47,460 nt of DNA from Octopus bimaculoides (GCF_001194135.2 NC_068982.1:29922494-29969953), one strand, 5' to 3'. Shown: positions 22,758 through 35,858, numbered from the stretch's first letter. A program made the numbers and translations. The notes: generated from the sequence alone by a model not told the origin.

Positions 22758-23271
22758 TAGTTATGTTCTAATGTTTACATTATACTCAGGTAAACATACA
22801 CTATCTTAATGACGTCGAAGGAGTAAAATAAATGTAATTTAATAATATTTAAAGTAAAAGTCATTATAAATATTTATAAAATAAACCTGGTATGTCATGA
22901 AAAATATAATCGAAGAAAAACAAAATGTGCATGAAGTTGACACGTGAAGAGACCTTCGTTTTATGTAAATACTTTCCACTGCAACGGTAATGCTAATCAT
23001 AACAAACAACTAATAAAAGCGAGAAATAACAAGATAAAGATAAGGAAATACCAAAGTGTGTATTGTTATAGAGTGTAGCCAGAAAGTTAAAACACCCACA
23101 ACGATTAGGAGGTATAGATATTTCAACCTCTTCCTTTTATACTATGTTAAGCCATTAAGTTACGATTTCTGAATGGCTAAGCGACGTATGGGTGATACTT
23201 TTTACGCGACACCGGTTTATGAATGAACAAAATTTTATTGAAAACGAGGCTGTTGACAACCCACAACAAAA

Positions 23272-23416
23272 ATGGCTGACAAAGAGCACGTGGATGATGC
23301 TGTTACCACTTTTAAAGACCTTGGAATTAATTCGTGGCTTGTCGATCAGTGTAAGGTGGTTGGAATTTCCAGGCCGACTCCCATACAAATCAACTGTATT
23401 CCAGAAATTTTGAAAG
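23272..23416 (+). CDS. DDX49: First coding exon of DEAD-box RNA helicase DDX49 (Dbp8 orthologue), covering the Q motif
   Basis: Translates MADKEHVDDAVTTFKDLGINSWLVDQCKVVGISRPTPIQINCIPEILK(G). The F..LG..SWLV.QC..G...PTP.Q..CIP.IL.G pattern matches the DDX49 N-terminus rather than DDX47. It ends at a phase-1 donor AAAG|GTAATG (GT at 23417-23418) and lies in a locally CpG-richer region. Confidence 0.9.
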
Positions 23417-23729
23417 GTAATGTACATTTTGAAATATTTGGGAAACACGACTAGCTGTGTGTTTGTTGCTATACTTACAACGCCAATGTTGTTTATACCA
23501 ACACGTGTTTTTTCTCCCCCATTTGATCAGGTGTTAAATTTAAAATTCTTTTGTGACAGTTAAAATAAATGATTTTAATACATATATGATACCCTGAAAT
23601 ATTTGTATTCGTAGGACTGGCTATATTTTAAGGTTTCGTTTATTTCAGTGCTAATTATGAAACTTTTTTAATTCAATGAATATTTGACAACATTCGCCTA
23701 AGTTCAAGATATACTTAAAAACTTTCTTT

Positions 23730-23731
<2 letters not shown>

Positions 23732-23779
<48 letters not shown>

Positions 23780-23790
23780 ATATATATAAT
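23732..23790. repeat. (TA)n microsatellite in DDX49 intron 1
   Basis: Directly visible. Confidence 0.95.
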
Positions 23791-24920
23791 CAAGAAGATT
23801 TATAATAGATTAATGGTAGGTCTTGTTATATTCGTTTTGTTTTACTGTTGGTTGCTGCGTTTTTTTCTTCTGGAATTTGCAAATAATGTACCTGTGACAT
23901 ACTGAGGTAGATTAAATCAATTACACACTTTCCCTCAAAATTTGTGGTCTTGTACCCAATTACTAAGCTACTAAAACTTGGGGATGTATACTTTATTTGG
24001 CCAACTTTCGGAATATCTCTCCCTGTTTCATGAGAAAGAAAAATGACCAGGAAGTGGTTAGATTTTCACGGAGACCCATTATATTTACTTTGTAATTGTG
24101 ATGTATGTAAAGCGCGTAATTGAAAGCTTGAAGTGTGTGGCTTATGGGAGGAGGGAGGTTTTTTTACATCAGATAAATGTAAACAAATGTGCAGTGACTA
24201 TGGATAAGAAAGAAGCGAAGGAAGTTTGATAATGTAACATAGTTATTTTTATTGGCAACAATTAACCACAATTCGCTTTACATTTCTCATATGTACTCTC
24301 TCAGCCATAGGCATACCTGGTGAAGAGGTCAAGGATACAATATGGCTGACGAGAGGAATGAGTCGGGAGTGTTTGAGCCTGTGTGGCCCGACGCTAGTCA
24401 GCTTTGAAGAGCAGATGCCACTGTAGAAACAGTAGAAAAGGCTGTATGATGTGATAGCACGCTTATGGGTCAGAGACTTCATTGCAAACGAGTGGTCTTT
24501 TATAGTATGCAATCTGGGATGTCTGTAGTAGTAGTAGTAGTAGTAGTTGCTCCTTGCAGGTGTCATTTGAGTTTTGTAAAGCTGTTGGTGTTACTGAAGA
24601 GGATGGCTAACCTTTGTGATGCAGTATTTACTATGTTGAGGAAGTTTGATAACCAGGTGGAAGGTTCCATAAAGATATTGAGGTCTAGCATTTTCTCCAT
24701 AATTGTAGGTTCTGTATGTAGTGGTGTGGTAATACAATTATGTTTTGTGAATGTGTTGTGATTGTACCTTTGGGCTGTTGAAGAAGACAAGATTGGCTTG
24801 ATCATATTGGAGGATGTTTCTAAGCTCTCTATTCACAGCATCTGTACAGGTTTGGTGTGAGGTATTAAAGTTCATGTGGATGGTGTTTGGGTGTCGAAAA
24901 TTATGGAAGGAAAGGCATGT

Positions 24921-25155
24921 AAAAAACACCTTTTGAGCGTGGCCAATGCCAGTACCACCTGACTGGCCCTCATGCCGGTCACGTGTAAAAAGCACCCAGT
25001 ACACTCTCGGAGTGGTTGGTGTTAGGAAGGGCATCCAACTGTAGAAACATTGCCATATCAGATTGGAGCCTGGTGCAGCCTTCTGGCTTGCCAGCCCTCA
25101 GTCAAACTGTCCAACCCATGCCAGCATGGAAAGCAGACGTTAAATGATGATGATG
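24921..25155 (+). mobile_element. RTE-type tail nested in the jockey-group LINE
   Basis: cacgtgtaaaaagcacccagtacactctcggagtggttggtgttaggaagggcatcc...gacgttaaatgatgatgatg. Confidence 0.85.
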
Positions 25156-26189
25156 AAAATGGTTTTCCCATCCTCATAGCATTAGGCATTGTTAGGGTGA
25201 TAGCAAGTATTGTAAGTCATTGCTGTATTAGAGGAAGAGTGTGTTGGACTCTTGAGGCATGCTATCGTTGAAATGTTTGCCTGTTGGAATTGCATTAGCA
25301 CTTGCTTTGATGGTGTCATTTGACAAGAAACAGAGAAGGATGGAATTCACAGGCATGTAATTTTGCTTGGAAGTTTGCACACCAAGCATAGATGAATGCT
25401 GAGCTAATGTTGAAATTTATAAAGAGCAATAGATTCATTAGTGAGTGATATACTTGAGTAGGTCTACAATAGATCTGGCCTAACAGAAGCTACACTGTTG
25501 GTCATTAAGAAGAGAGAAAGATTCAAAATATTGGAGAAAGTTGTTATTAAAGATTTGCTTCATCATCTTTGAGTTATTGGAAGTGAATGTGATTGGATTA
25601 GTGGTTGCCTTTTGAGATTGGGGCTTTGAGATAGTATGTTTTCATACATTGGAATATATCACTACTGATCGTGAATGAAAGATATTGCAGAAGTTCATAA
25701 GGATAGGAGTTAATTCTAGCTTGAATTGTTTAGGGGTAATAGAAGAGACCTTGTTAAGGCTTGTAATCTTAGTGTTTTGAAGTGACTGGGGATGCTTTCG
25801 TACCCTGTGCACATATGATGTGTGTATATATAGATACATGCGCTCATACATGTGGTGGTGTGGCTGGTGGAATGGAAAGGGATTGTTTTGGAGGAGAGTT
25901 AACCTGGTGTGCAGATTTAGATGCAAATAAGGCAGCAAATGTGGAGGCTTTCTCTATAGGGCTTCTGCTTACATGTCCATAATGTTTGAGAAGTGAAAGG
26001 AAAGAGGATTTTGAAAAGTCATTAGAGATCTGTTTTCGCAAGAGAACAAAAGGACTGACTGCAGTTTGGCAGACTGTGTAATGCATGAAGATCTGAACAT
26101 TTTACTTGGTGGCCCTACAGGAGTTGTGTTGACTGCGTAAAAGCTGTCTAATTGGAATGTCATGTAGGCTGTGTCCCTTGCCTGCAGTG

Positions 26190-26290
26190 TGACTGAGGGC
26201 TGGCGAGCCAGAAGGCTGCACCAGGCTCCAATCTGATATGGCAATGTTTCTACAGCTGGATGCCCCTTCCTAATGCCAACCACTAACTGA
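26190..26290 (-). mobile_element. RTE-type tail fragment nested in the jockey-group LINE
   Basis: gcaccaggctccaatctgatatggcaatgtttctacagctggatgcc. Confidence 0.8.
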
Positions 26291-26561
26291 ATCACTGGAG
26301 GCTGAGTTTTGGTTGTGTCAGGGATCTAGAGAGATATGGCTGAAAAGAATTAGTTCAATCCACTTGCTAAGCTGTTTTTGATGGTTCAGAGATAAAACAT
26401 GTGTTACCTGGGATGGGTAGAGCAGAACTCATAGGATGCTGCAAGTCAGCTGAAATGAAGTGCCATAAGGCCTATTGCATAGTGTTTTGATATGAGATGC
26501 AACATGGTCAGTATTTCTTTGGTAGGGATTAAATTTGGAGGAGGGGAGGGAGAGAGATTAA

Positions 26562-26778
26562 CCCTTTTGTTACCTTATTTCTGTTGAGACACTTTGTGTT
26601 TCTTTCAATTAATTTCAAATATAACAAAGAATTTAGTAAAGTAACTTAGTTATCATTTAGCTAATATTGGGAACATAAATTGTGATTAAGGTTTGGCAGA
26701 AGATTTTAATTCAGAACTTTTGAAAACAGGACATTTGTACTACAGAGCCAGAGATGGTTTCAGGCAGGTATCAAAGGG
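26562..26778. mobile_element. piggyBac-type MITE, family B
   Basis: TTAA|CCCTTTTGTTACC ... GGTATCAAAGGG|TT(T)AA. Related partial copies at ~26855-27060 and ~4770-4960. Confidence 0.75.
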
Positions 26779-27512
26779 TTTAAGGATGTTTGGAGTGACT
26801 GTGCATCAGTCAGGGATGTACAGAGGGCATGAAACTAATTATAGATGTAGGGAGTTAACTTTTTTGTCTCCATATTTCTGTTGAAATATATTTTTGTTTC
26901 AGTTAATTTTTAAAAGAACGAATCTAATAAAATAACTTTCTCTTTAAAAAGCTGGTGTTTGGAACTATCATAAAATTTTGACAGAAGACTTTAGTTTAAA
27001 ACACTTGAAGACAAGAAGTTTGTGCCATAAAATAAAGAGCAAATGAGTTAAAGATTGTTAAGATTCAGTTTCTGCATTGGCACTTCAGTGTGGGATTAGT
27101 ATGAGAGACAAGTGGAGCTGTGAGTAGTGTTGTGGTTGATGTCTTCAAAGCGTGGAATTACATGAGATGGCTGTCTTCTGCTGTTGAAAAGTTGTTGATT
27201 GACTGATGGATTTATAGAATGGTTGAGGAAGTAAATTTATATAAAGTGGTGAAGGGAACTCTTGAGATATATTTAGAGGTGGGAAGTAAGTAGAAATCTT
27301 TGTTCATTAATAACAGGAAGAATGATATCTACAGATGCACTGATCCTATCGTTCAGAGTGAAGTTACAGTATAGAGTGGAACTTGGTCAGCAGAGACGGA
27401 CCATGAATACACAGTGATTGTGTCTTGGAGGACAACAGAATGTGTGGTTTGTCTATAAATAGTTATGTAGGAATCAATGGTTACTAGAGAAGGGAGAATT
27501 CTGCAGTGGGTT

Positions 27513-27690
27513 TAACCCTTTAGCATTCAGATTACTCTGTCAGATGTATTCACATTGTTTTAAATTAATCATGCAGTATCTTGTAGCTATGAGATTTCAA
27601 TGATGTGATTGTTTCTTTTTGAATGACATTATAGGGTAGGTGTGTGAGGCTGGATCTGGCTGTTTTGAACATAAAGTAGGTGAATGATTA
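27513..27690 (+). mobile_element. piggyBac-type MITE, family A (partial)
   Basis: ttaaCCCTTTAGCATTCAG...atgacattatagggtaggtgtgtgaggctggatctggc. Confidence 0.7.
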
Positions 27691-27714
27691 GGTTAGCCAA
27701 AAAATAATAGGTAA

Positions 27715-28018
27715 AGACCTCCTTCAGTCATGAATGACCATGGGATTGCACCTAGAAAGTTCCTCTCTGAGGCACAAGTCCAGGTATGCATGGGCAACCA
27801 ACAGTCGCCCATGCATACCAGCCTCCCCCCTCCAATTAATGTTACCCAAGGGAAAAACAAAGGCTGATACAGTTTGGCATAACTCGTTTCTACAACTGGG
27901 TGAACTGGAGCAACATAAAATAAAGTGTGTTGCTCAAGAACACAACATCCAGTTCAGTCTGGGAATTGAACTCACTACCTCTTGATTGTGAGCCTGATGC
28001 TCTAACTACTGAGGATTT
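27715..28018 (-). mobile_element. Family-3 SINE
   Basis: Reverse complement of 44703-45040 (gattgcacctagaaagtt...aaataaagtgtgttgctcaagaacacaac...gaattgaactcac). Confidence 0.75.
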
Positions 28019-28309
28019 AGTATTACTTTTTGACTATAAAGTGAGTTTGGAGGGTGTTGTTCACTGAATTCTTGATAACATATAGACAGGAGCCTTGTCT
28101 TATTGCTGGCTGCTGAGCAATCACTTACAAGTATTCAAGGGCCAAGAGGGGAGTATTAAACTGAGTGATGTAATGAGCTTAAACCCTTCCCTCATTCACA
28201 AAAGGAAGAATCTTCCAAACCATACACTACTTGACTACATTAACTACAGCACCAGGATAATACGAGGACTGAGGGTCAAACAACATGTGCATATAATGGA
28301 GATATACAC

Positions 28310-28340
<31 letters not shown>

Positions 28341-29279
28341 CATAAATATATTTGAATGCAGTCATAAACATCAGTCATTTTTGTAAAAGTAGCGTGATCA
28401 GAGAAATACTACGAAGATGTGCATACATGAAAATACTAATGTAAATCCATTAGTATTTATATATTATCAAATGTTTCCAAAATTGCTGCGGATGTTCAGT
28501 CACACATTTCAGTGACTGTTCAAATTATTATTAATATTACTTTCTTCACTATCATCATCAACATTATTGTCATAACATTTTGTTACATAGAATGAAACTT
28601 AACAATTTTTTTTTTTTGTTAGAGGAAGTGAAAACTGTTAATCTATTTATCAAGCACATTCTCTATTTAAGTTGTAATTTACTTCCTTTTTTTCCTGTTA
28701 TTTAATGGATGTAAAATCTGGTGTGGGGTGGGGGGAATAAAAAACACTCACATACACACAAAAAAAAAATATACTTAAGAGAAGATGGAATTTCCGACTG
28801 GAATAAAAATTTGTTTTGATGTTGCATAATTGGTGCGAAACAGTGATAAAACTCAGTTGATTTATAAAATGTACTTTCATGAATGAAACTGAATATTGTC
28901 AAGTTATTTTTATGTCAAATATTCATTTACAGTTGTATGTACGTTCGGTAATTTCACCGAAAGTCAAACAGCAATCCGCATAAGTCATTGGTTTTACAAA
29001 GTAAATTGATTTGAAATTAAGTATTTCCTGTTTGATATGTTCTGATAGTTTTCACTTCAATATTTCTCTCATTCTAGTTATTCCCACCTACCTTTATATA
29101 ATGCATCTACCCCTTCTACAGCAAGACAGCTGCCCTTGTCCCTTTATCATATTTTATCCCTTTCTACTGCACCCCCACTTGGTTGCAGGAGCTTTTTGCA
29201 TTCTTTGTCTTATAAGTTACTTGGTGATTTCACTAGTGATACTGCTACAATCAAGCTCTCACTACACTCTATAAGGTGA

Positions 29280-29430
29280 TTTGGTATTGGTGTGAGGAAG
29301 AGCATCCAGCTATAGAAATCATGCCAAAGCACACAGTGGAGCTTGATGTAGTCATGTGGCTCATTGGATCCTGTTGACCCATCATACCCATGTCAGCATG
29401 GAGGATGGATATTAGATGATGATGATGATT
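29280..29430 (+). mobile_element. RTE-type tail
   Basis: aggaagagcatccagctatagaaatcatgcc...cagcatggaggatggatattagatgatgatgatg. Confidence 0.75.
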
Positions 29431-29777
29431 AATTCTAGATGTGAGACTATTGTCATGTGATCAGAGCAGCCATCTTGGATCTCGCCTAGCAAATGACAAT
29501 TTGAGTGCAAGGATGTAAGGTAGGAATCGACTTCCATCCTTGAAAAAAGTAAACTTCCCATCTTGCAAAAATGTATTTTCAGGAAGAACTAGAGTAAAAC
29601 TACAGTTTGGCATTGTTATTTTGTGGGAGATCTTCCTGCTTGTCAGCAAAAACAGAATTTACTGTGGCCATTAGAATTTGTTTTGGCATAAGTTTGATTT
29701 ACACAATCCTGACAAAAAATTACCTTAAAACAATGCAACCATTATGACATGGTGTAAGGAGGGATTTTATTCTTATA

Positions 29778-29883
29778 CTCGGTACTTTATATTTTCTTGA
29801 ATATTAATGTTGATCTTGTAACTGATGCAACAGTTGCGTCAGTTATGCATTTTGTGAGGCTGCATCTTTATTTTAGCACCGTG
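29778..29883. mobile_element. ~106-bp TA-flanked mini-MITE with central hairpin
   Basis: TA|CTCGGTACT ... AGCACCGTG|TA, with an internal palindrome taactgatgcaac-a-gttgcgtcagtta. Confidence 0.5.
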
Positions 29884-30400
29884 TAAAAAAAAACAGGTAT
29901 GAAGCAACTACTTTTTATTATTGCATTGAATACAGCAAGGTATTGCGTTAATACTTACAAGGTTTATTTCATTATCACATTTCAGCATTTCAGACTATTA
30001 TCACATTTCAGACCACATGAAATCTTAGCCATACTAAAATGTTGCATCGGCTACACTGATATTGTAAGGTGCTACTGTAAATTCTATCTTGTAATGTTGT
30101 ATAGATTTTAAATATGGCAAGTTCTTAGGTCTTTTACTTCAACCTGAGGCCACCGACCAAATATAAATATGGCCTTAACAGTCAACTAAGCAGGTAAGTA
30201 TTACTATAATAAACAAGTTTTCAGCTTCTCTTGGAAAGCAAATATATCAGCATTTTATTTTTTTTTTTGTATTTTGAAAAAATTATATTGGTTCTAAGCC
30301 CCCTCCCACAAAAAAATACTCTGTATAATAATGTAAAAATTTCTGAAATGAACGACTAGCCCATAAGAGCGCCTGCTTTCTCCCAAAACGAAGAAAGCTG

Positions 30401-30620
30401 TTGTTAAAGTGGTTGGAACATATATGTGTGAACTTCAAGCATCACAGTGGACCCAATACTACCTTTAATTGGCCAACCACAAAAGACAGATGCTGGATAC
30501 TGCTTGAAGATGTACTCGGCAAACTTGGAGTACACTTCTGTCCTATGCTTGCTGGGGCTAGAAACCACAAAATCAGCCCAGACACTGTCCATTCTATCTA
30601 CAAAACTTTCAGCCGTTACA
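30401..30620 (+). pseudogene. Possible relic of a transposon-associated protein C-terminal domain
   Basis: VNFKHHSGPNTTFNWPTTKDRCWILLEDVLGKL resembles the F.HP.GP...F.WP...D.CW motif I recall from uncharacterised transposon-linked invertebrate proteins. The family cannot be named with confidence. Confidence 0.35.
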
Positions 30621-31479
30621 TTGCATTAAGCTTAACATCCAATGCATGTAAAATGCCTAGAGTGAATTATCTAAGACATTATGTATGTGCTGCAATAAAT
30701 CTTCAAGAAACATTATTTAGAACTTTGTGTTCAAGAGCAATACCATTTAGTAGTTGTGAATAGTGTGCACTCATAATTTTTAGATTTAGTAAAACCTAAT
30801 GCACATTATATCTGAATACTTGTAATGTATTTGAATTGCTCCTTTTTGTACTGACATGGGAGAACTACAGGAAACTTGCTTGATTGTTGACATTGCTAAT
30901 TTTATCACAGAAAATTCATGACTTTTTTATTTTACATTTACAAAAAAAAAAAAAAACTACACTTGATTCTTTAAGGTTTACCAAAACTAATATCTAAATA
31001 TGATTTCTTGGCATTTAAGTTAAAACTGTTTGCTGTTAAGTGAAACCTTTTTAATTATTTGCAAAACATAGGATAAAACATGTATTTTATTATAATTTTT
31101 TTTTTTTTAATATTTAGGGCATTCTAAAAAAGGAAAATGAAGAAAATAGCATATCACAACATTAAATTTTGTTAACAAAAATTGAATTTTCACTTAGATG
31201 TTAAACGATGATGATGATGTTGATATTTAAAAAAAAAATATATTATATATACATTAATGTGTCCTTTCCACTTTTATATGCTCCATATTGATTCATTTTC
31301 AAAATGGCTTTTCACTTTTCCCATTGTAAAATGTGTCACATGTGAAAATGTGAAATAACATTTAATGTCTCTTCTTTTTCATTCTGCACTTTTATGATGG
31401 GAAATTATGAATGAATTAACTGCCATGATTTTCAAAGTAAAAATTAGACAAACAAAACTAATACAGAAAAGCTGTTGCA

Positions 31480-31480
<1 letters not shown>

Positions 31481-31572
<92 letters not shown>
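31481..31572. repeat. (TG)n microsatellite
   Basis: Directly visible. Confidence 0.95.
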
Positions 31573-31574
<2 letters not shown>

Positions 31575-32322
31575 ATATATGATCAGATACAGAAAACACT
31601 TGTATTCTCTCTTGAGTTTTAACCCCCCAAAATCTTTGGAAAGGAAACAAGATATGTTTACTGATATAGAATGTAAACATTGATTCTGTCTCGATTATTG
31701 CACATGAATATCTCAATATAGGTTTTATCTGTCTCACTAAATTTGAGGTATTTTTCTTATTTGTTATGTCATTTTCTGTATTTGTATGAATAAGAGAACT
31801 TTTTTTTTTTTTTTTCATATCATTTGCCATTATTAACTCTTTAACTTTTAAACTGGCCATATCCTGTTTTATGTTCAAACCAGCCAGATCTGGCCTCAAA
31901 CACCAATCCTACCATGTCATTCTAAAAATTAAGTTACATCGCCAGATTCTCAAAGCTACATGATCATCATCATTTAATATTCATTTTCCATGCTGGCATG
32001 GGTTGGATGGCTTGATAGCAGCTGGCAAGGCCAGGAGCCCACATTGGGTGATGTTATCAACTTAATCTTTCCCCCAAATTTGTTACCCTGTGCCAAAATT
32101 TGTAACTAATATTTGGCACAATAAATTTTAACTTCCACAAAAACTTAACTCCTTTCTTCTGAGAAAAGCATACAGTATGAAGTACTTGTCAAGAATATTT
32201 GTGTTGCTAAAAAGGAGAGATGGTTAGCACTCCCCTCGACAAGGATGGAAGACATCATCTGATCTTTCTAACACATATGGGCATTGCTTTCTACTGCAGA
32301 GCAACCTATTTCTTTAAGTGCA

Positions 32323-32697
32323 GGCATGGCAGTGTGGTAAGAAGTTTGCTTCCTAACCATATGGTTCCAGGTTCTCTCACACTGTGTGGCAACTTCAGCA
32401 AGTGTTTTCTATGATATATGATAGCCTTGGGCCTTGTGAGTAGATTTGGTAGATATAAACTGAAAGAAGCCTCTTGTGTGTGTGTGTGTGTGTCTTTTTG
32501 TCTGTCCAACCCAACTGCTTGACAGTTGGTGTTGGTGTGTTTACATCCCTGTAACTTAGCAGTTCAGCAAAGGTGACTGATAGAATAAGTACCAGGCTTA
32601 AAAAGAATATAAATACTGGCAGCAGTTAGTTGGACTAAAATTCCTCAAGGCAGTGCCCCAGAATGGCTGCAGTCTAATGACTGAAACAAGTAAAAGG
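32323..32697 (+). mobile_element. Family-1 SINE, full length
   Basis: ggcatggcagtgtggtaagaagtttgcttcctaacc (A box) through gactgaaacaagtaaaagg. Confidence 0.85.
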
Positions 32698-33519
32698 TAA
32701 AAAAATATAATGTATAACATAATCATGTAGGCATAGAGTACATAGAAGTACTCTGGCTAGTAAGGAAATGAGGTATGCATGGTACAGTGGGTGTATAATG
32801 TTTTCCTTTATTGAAAGGAAAACAGGTTTGGATTGGATATGTATTAAAAGGAGCAGCTGTTGTATGGAGGAAAGATGTGGACTGCTATAGACATGGAATG
32901 TGAATTGATAAATGTCAGTGGCACATTTGTAGAGTTATTAAAATGGTAATGTAATTATGATGTGTAATTATGAACCTCATCAATAGACGAAGGTATATAA
33001 AAATAATCATACTACATCTACGAAGTGTCAGTATCAAGCTGTGCTTCAAATCCGAAGAGGAGGAGAAGAGGTTTATTAGAGTTCCTATTAAGCATATTAG
33101 GAGAAAAGTGGATCCAATGGTTACATGTAGTCCATGAAATCCTGTGGCTACAAAAAAATGGTGATCTATAAATGCTATCTGAGATGGAGAATGATGCTTC
33201 TATATATTCTATTATTTGAATATATCAGATGGAATGCTTTGTGGTATTTGTTCATGTTTGTTGCCTTCTGAGTTCAAATCCCATTTAAGTCAATTTTACC
33301 TTCCATCCTTTTGGGTTTGATAAATATATTACCAGTCTGATATGATGGACCGATGGAATGTTAGATCAGCAGACATGTGGCTCTGTAGCATGTTTTGGTT
33401 TTGTACATTCTGAGTTTAAGTCCTGTATTCTGCCACTGGTTGGGTGTGCTGGTTTTTTATGCCTGGCATAAATGGTGATTAGCCTGGGAAGTCCTTAAGT
33501 AAGTACCCAAGTATTTTAG

Positions 33520-33949
33520 ACCATTATCCTGCATTATCTTGAAATGTCGGGATTTTGGTGATGTGATTGTTTATGTTCAAAATGACATTGTAGGGTAGGT
33601 GTGAGATGACAGATCTGGCCAGTTAGAACATAATGCAAATAGAATATTTTAGCTGGATATGGCTGGATTAAATGCTAAAGGGTTAAAGTCCTGTACACTC
33701 AATAAAGGAACAGACATTCAGCATTCAGAATGTAATCCTTATTAGATTAATCCCTTCAGCAGTCAAATATAATCCTTATTTATTAACATTGTTGAGAATT
33801 AATTTTGCATTATCTTGTACCTTTGAGATTTGGATGATGTGATTGTTTATTTTTCAATGACATTGTAGGGTAGGTGTGAGAGACTGGATCTTCCCAGTTT
33901 GAACATAAAACTCTTAGGATACCTGAGCCAGGTGTGGCTAAAGGGTTAA
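33520..33949 (+). mobile_element. Two adjacent piggyBac-type family-A MITEs (33520-33686 partial; 33748-33949)
   Basis: Both end ...CTAAAGGG|TTAA and share atgacattgtagggtaggtgtgaga. Confidence 0.75.
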
Positions 33950-35727
33950 AATGTTCTGTGGTGAGTGTGGAGGATAGTAGTAGAAGACAAAAACCGTTGA
34001 GAATACATACAGAGATGCATGCAATTCCATTTGCAAGATAGTGGTGGGTATCATGAGGTTGTGAAGCAAAAAAGAAAACCTCACAGTTATATCTGTCCCT
34101 GTGTGTGTAGTGTGTGCGTATATATATATATATATATATATATAACTGAGTTTGAAAACAGAGAAATCTAATGTATACACATTTATTGATTAATTAATTA
34201 ACATATTCACCTACAATTGTTTCGTTTCTCAACCAGAATTAAAATTACAACACATATATAAATATATAATTTTGCATTTTAAAATACCTTGGATGGAAAA
34301 TTATTAGGGTGCATGATGAGGAGGTAGCTGACCAAGCTAAGGACTTGAAATAAGGTTGCCTACCTTAGGAAGGGATGGCTGTAACTTAACTTCTTGAAGC
34401 AAGAAGACCAAAGCCTAATACAACTTTCGAAGTTAATAGCTACATACAGATCACAAGCCTGACTGACTTGCTCAATATGTCTTCAGTATTTATTTAGGAT
34501 ATATTTGAAAATTCACAAATAGATTTTGATATTTTTTTCTTTTCATTTTTATTGGCTTATTGATTGCTATGCTATGATTCAAAGTCAGGGATAATTTTGA
34601 AGAATAATTTCTTTTATGCTTGTGCTGTCGTTAATGACAACAAATATCTTCCTTAAATTTATGGAGGATGATAATAGAATAATGTTCAACTATAGAAAAT
34701 TATATTTATTGAATGAAGATTTCTTTGCATTTGTGCAATAGGCAATGTGTCACTCTTGTAGTCAAATGTAAATAATCACTGAACAATTATGATAAAATTT
34801 GACCTCCAAAGGTTCCAGTAGATTTATATTTTTAGTTTTTTTTTTAATATATTTCATCATAGTGTACCTTAAAATTAAAGCTAAATATGTTTCTTTAAAA
34901 AAAAAATTATGTTTAATCAGAGACATTTACATCAAATGTACTGAGAGTTATTTTTTAATGTTTAAAATAACAAATAAAGCTATTTAAACTAAGTATAAAC
35001 TTCCCAATGTTTACAATTGCTAAATAGAATTTTTTTTTCTGAGGTAGAGAACTAAATTGAGCTAAAACCATTCAAACAAGGACAATTTTCGAAATGTTTA
35101 CAATAGATAACACGCAAAGTGGGATTTTCTTTCAAATGTTTACTGTTGGCTTTATTAAAAGATAATAACAATCTTTTTTTTTTAATTTGCTGGTACTTTT
35201 TTTTCATCTGAGAAGAACCAAAGAAAATAAACAAGTTATTTGGAGGAAAATACAAAAAGTATTTAAACATTAAAATTTTTTTTTAATACAGAGTAACCAA
35301 AAGTAAAAAAAAAATTCTCAGTATCTATGAAATACAAAACAAATTTGTTCACACGTTTTAAAATTTCACATGTGACATATAGTTTACATTTGAGAGAATT
35401 GGAAACCCATTATGAATATGAATCCTACCAATCAATATGAAGCAAATAAAAATTTGTGATTTTTCATATTCTATGGCATTAGTGAAATTTGGAATTTTTG
35501 TTATTTTATACCACTAACAGCCATTTCTTCTCAATCTGCTGATGTGTACAGTTGACTGAAATACCGATTGAACAAAACCACAATTCAGTATTGAATNNNN
35601 NNNNNNNNNNNNNNNNNNNNNNNNNNNNNNNNNNNNNNNNNNNNNNNNNNNNNNNNNNNNNNNNNNNNNNNNNNNNNNNNNNNNNNNNNNNNNNNNNNNN
35701 NNNNNNNNNNNNNNNNNNNNNNNNNNN

Positions 35728-35823
35728 TGTGTGTATGTATATATATATGTGTGTGTGTGTATGTATATATATGTGTGTGTGTGTGTGTGTATGTATATAT
35801 ATGTGTGTGTGTGTGTGTGTATG

Positions 35824-35858
<35 letters not shown>

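Larger units (their letters stand above)
24250..27450 (-). mobile_element. Degenerate jockey-group (CR1/L2-like) LINE with nested insertions
   Basis: Minus-strand fragments in order: APE-like remnant (~27100-27450); ALWHFISADL...; QARDTAY; LRKQISNDFSKSSFLSL; EKASTFAALFASKS; RT region STWLSNFL...(24563-24805). Heavily disrupted. Confidence 0.7.

Noticed and set aside
23192-23413. 73-aa ORF overlapping the DDX49 exon in another frame, and the read-through of the DDX49 ORF to 23454
   Set aside because: The alternative frame has no recognisable homology. The residues after ILKG are intronic, past the GT donor.
24921-25155. Recurrent near-identical motifs suggesting a CRISPR-like or regulatory array
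   Set aside because: They are dispersed retroposon tails in both orientations, with no regular repeat-spacer period, in a eukaryotic context.
29582-29674. Acceptors that could start DDX49 exon 2 (also at ~23531, ~30129, ~37921, ~40185 and ~43151)
   Set aside because: None encodes GRDCxGCAKTGSGKT in phase 1, and all hit stops quickly.
32323-32400. tRNA-like A/B boxes
   Set aside because: These are SINE heads that run into SINE bodies with no complete cloverleaf, so they are not annotated as tRNA genes.
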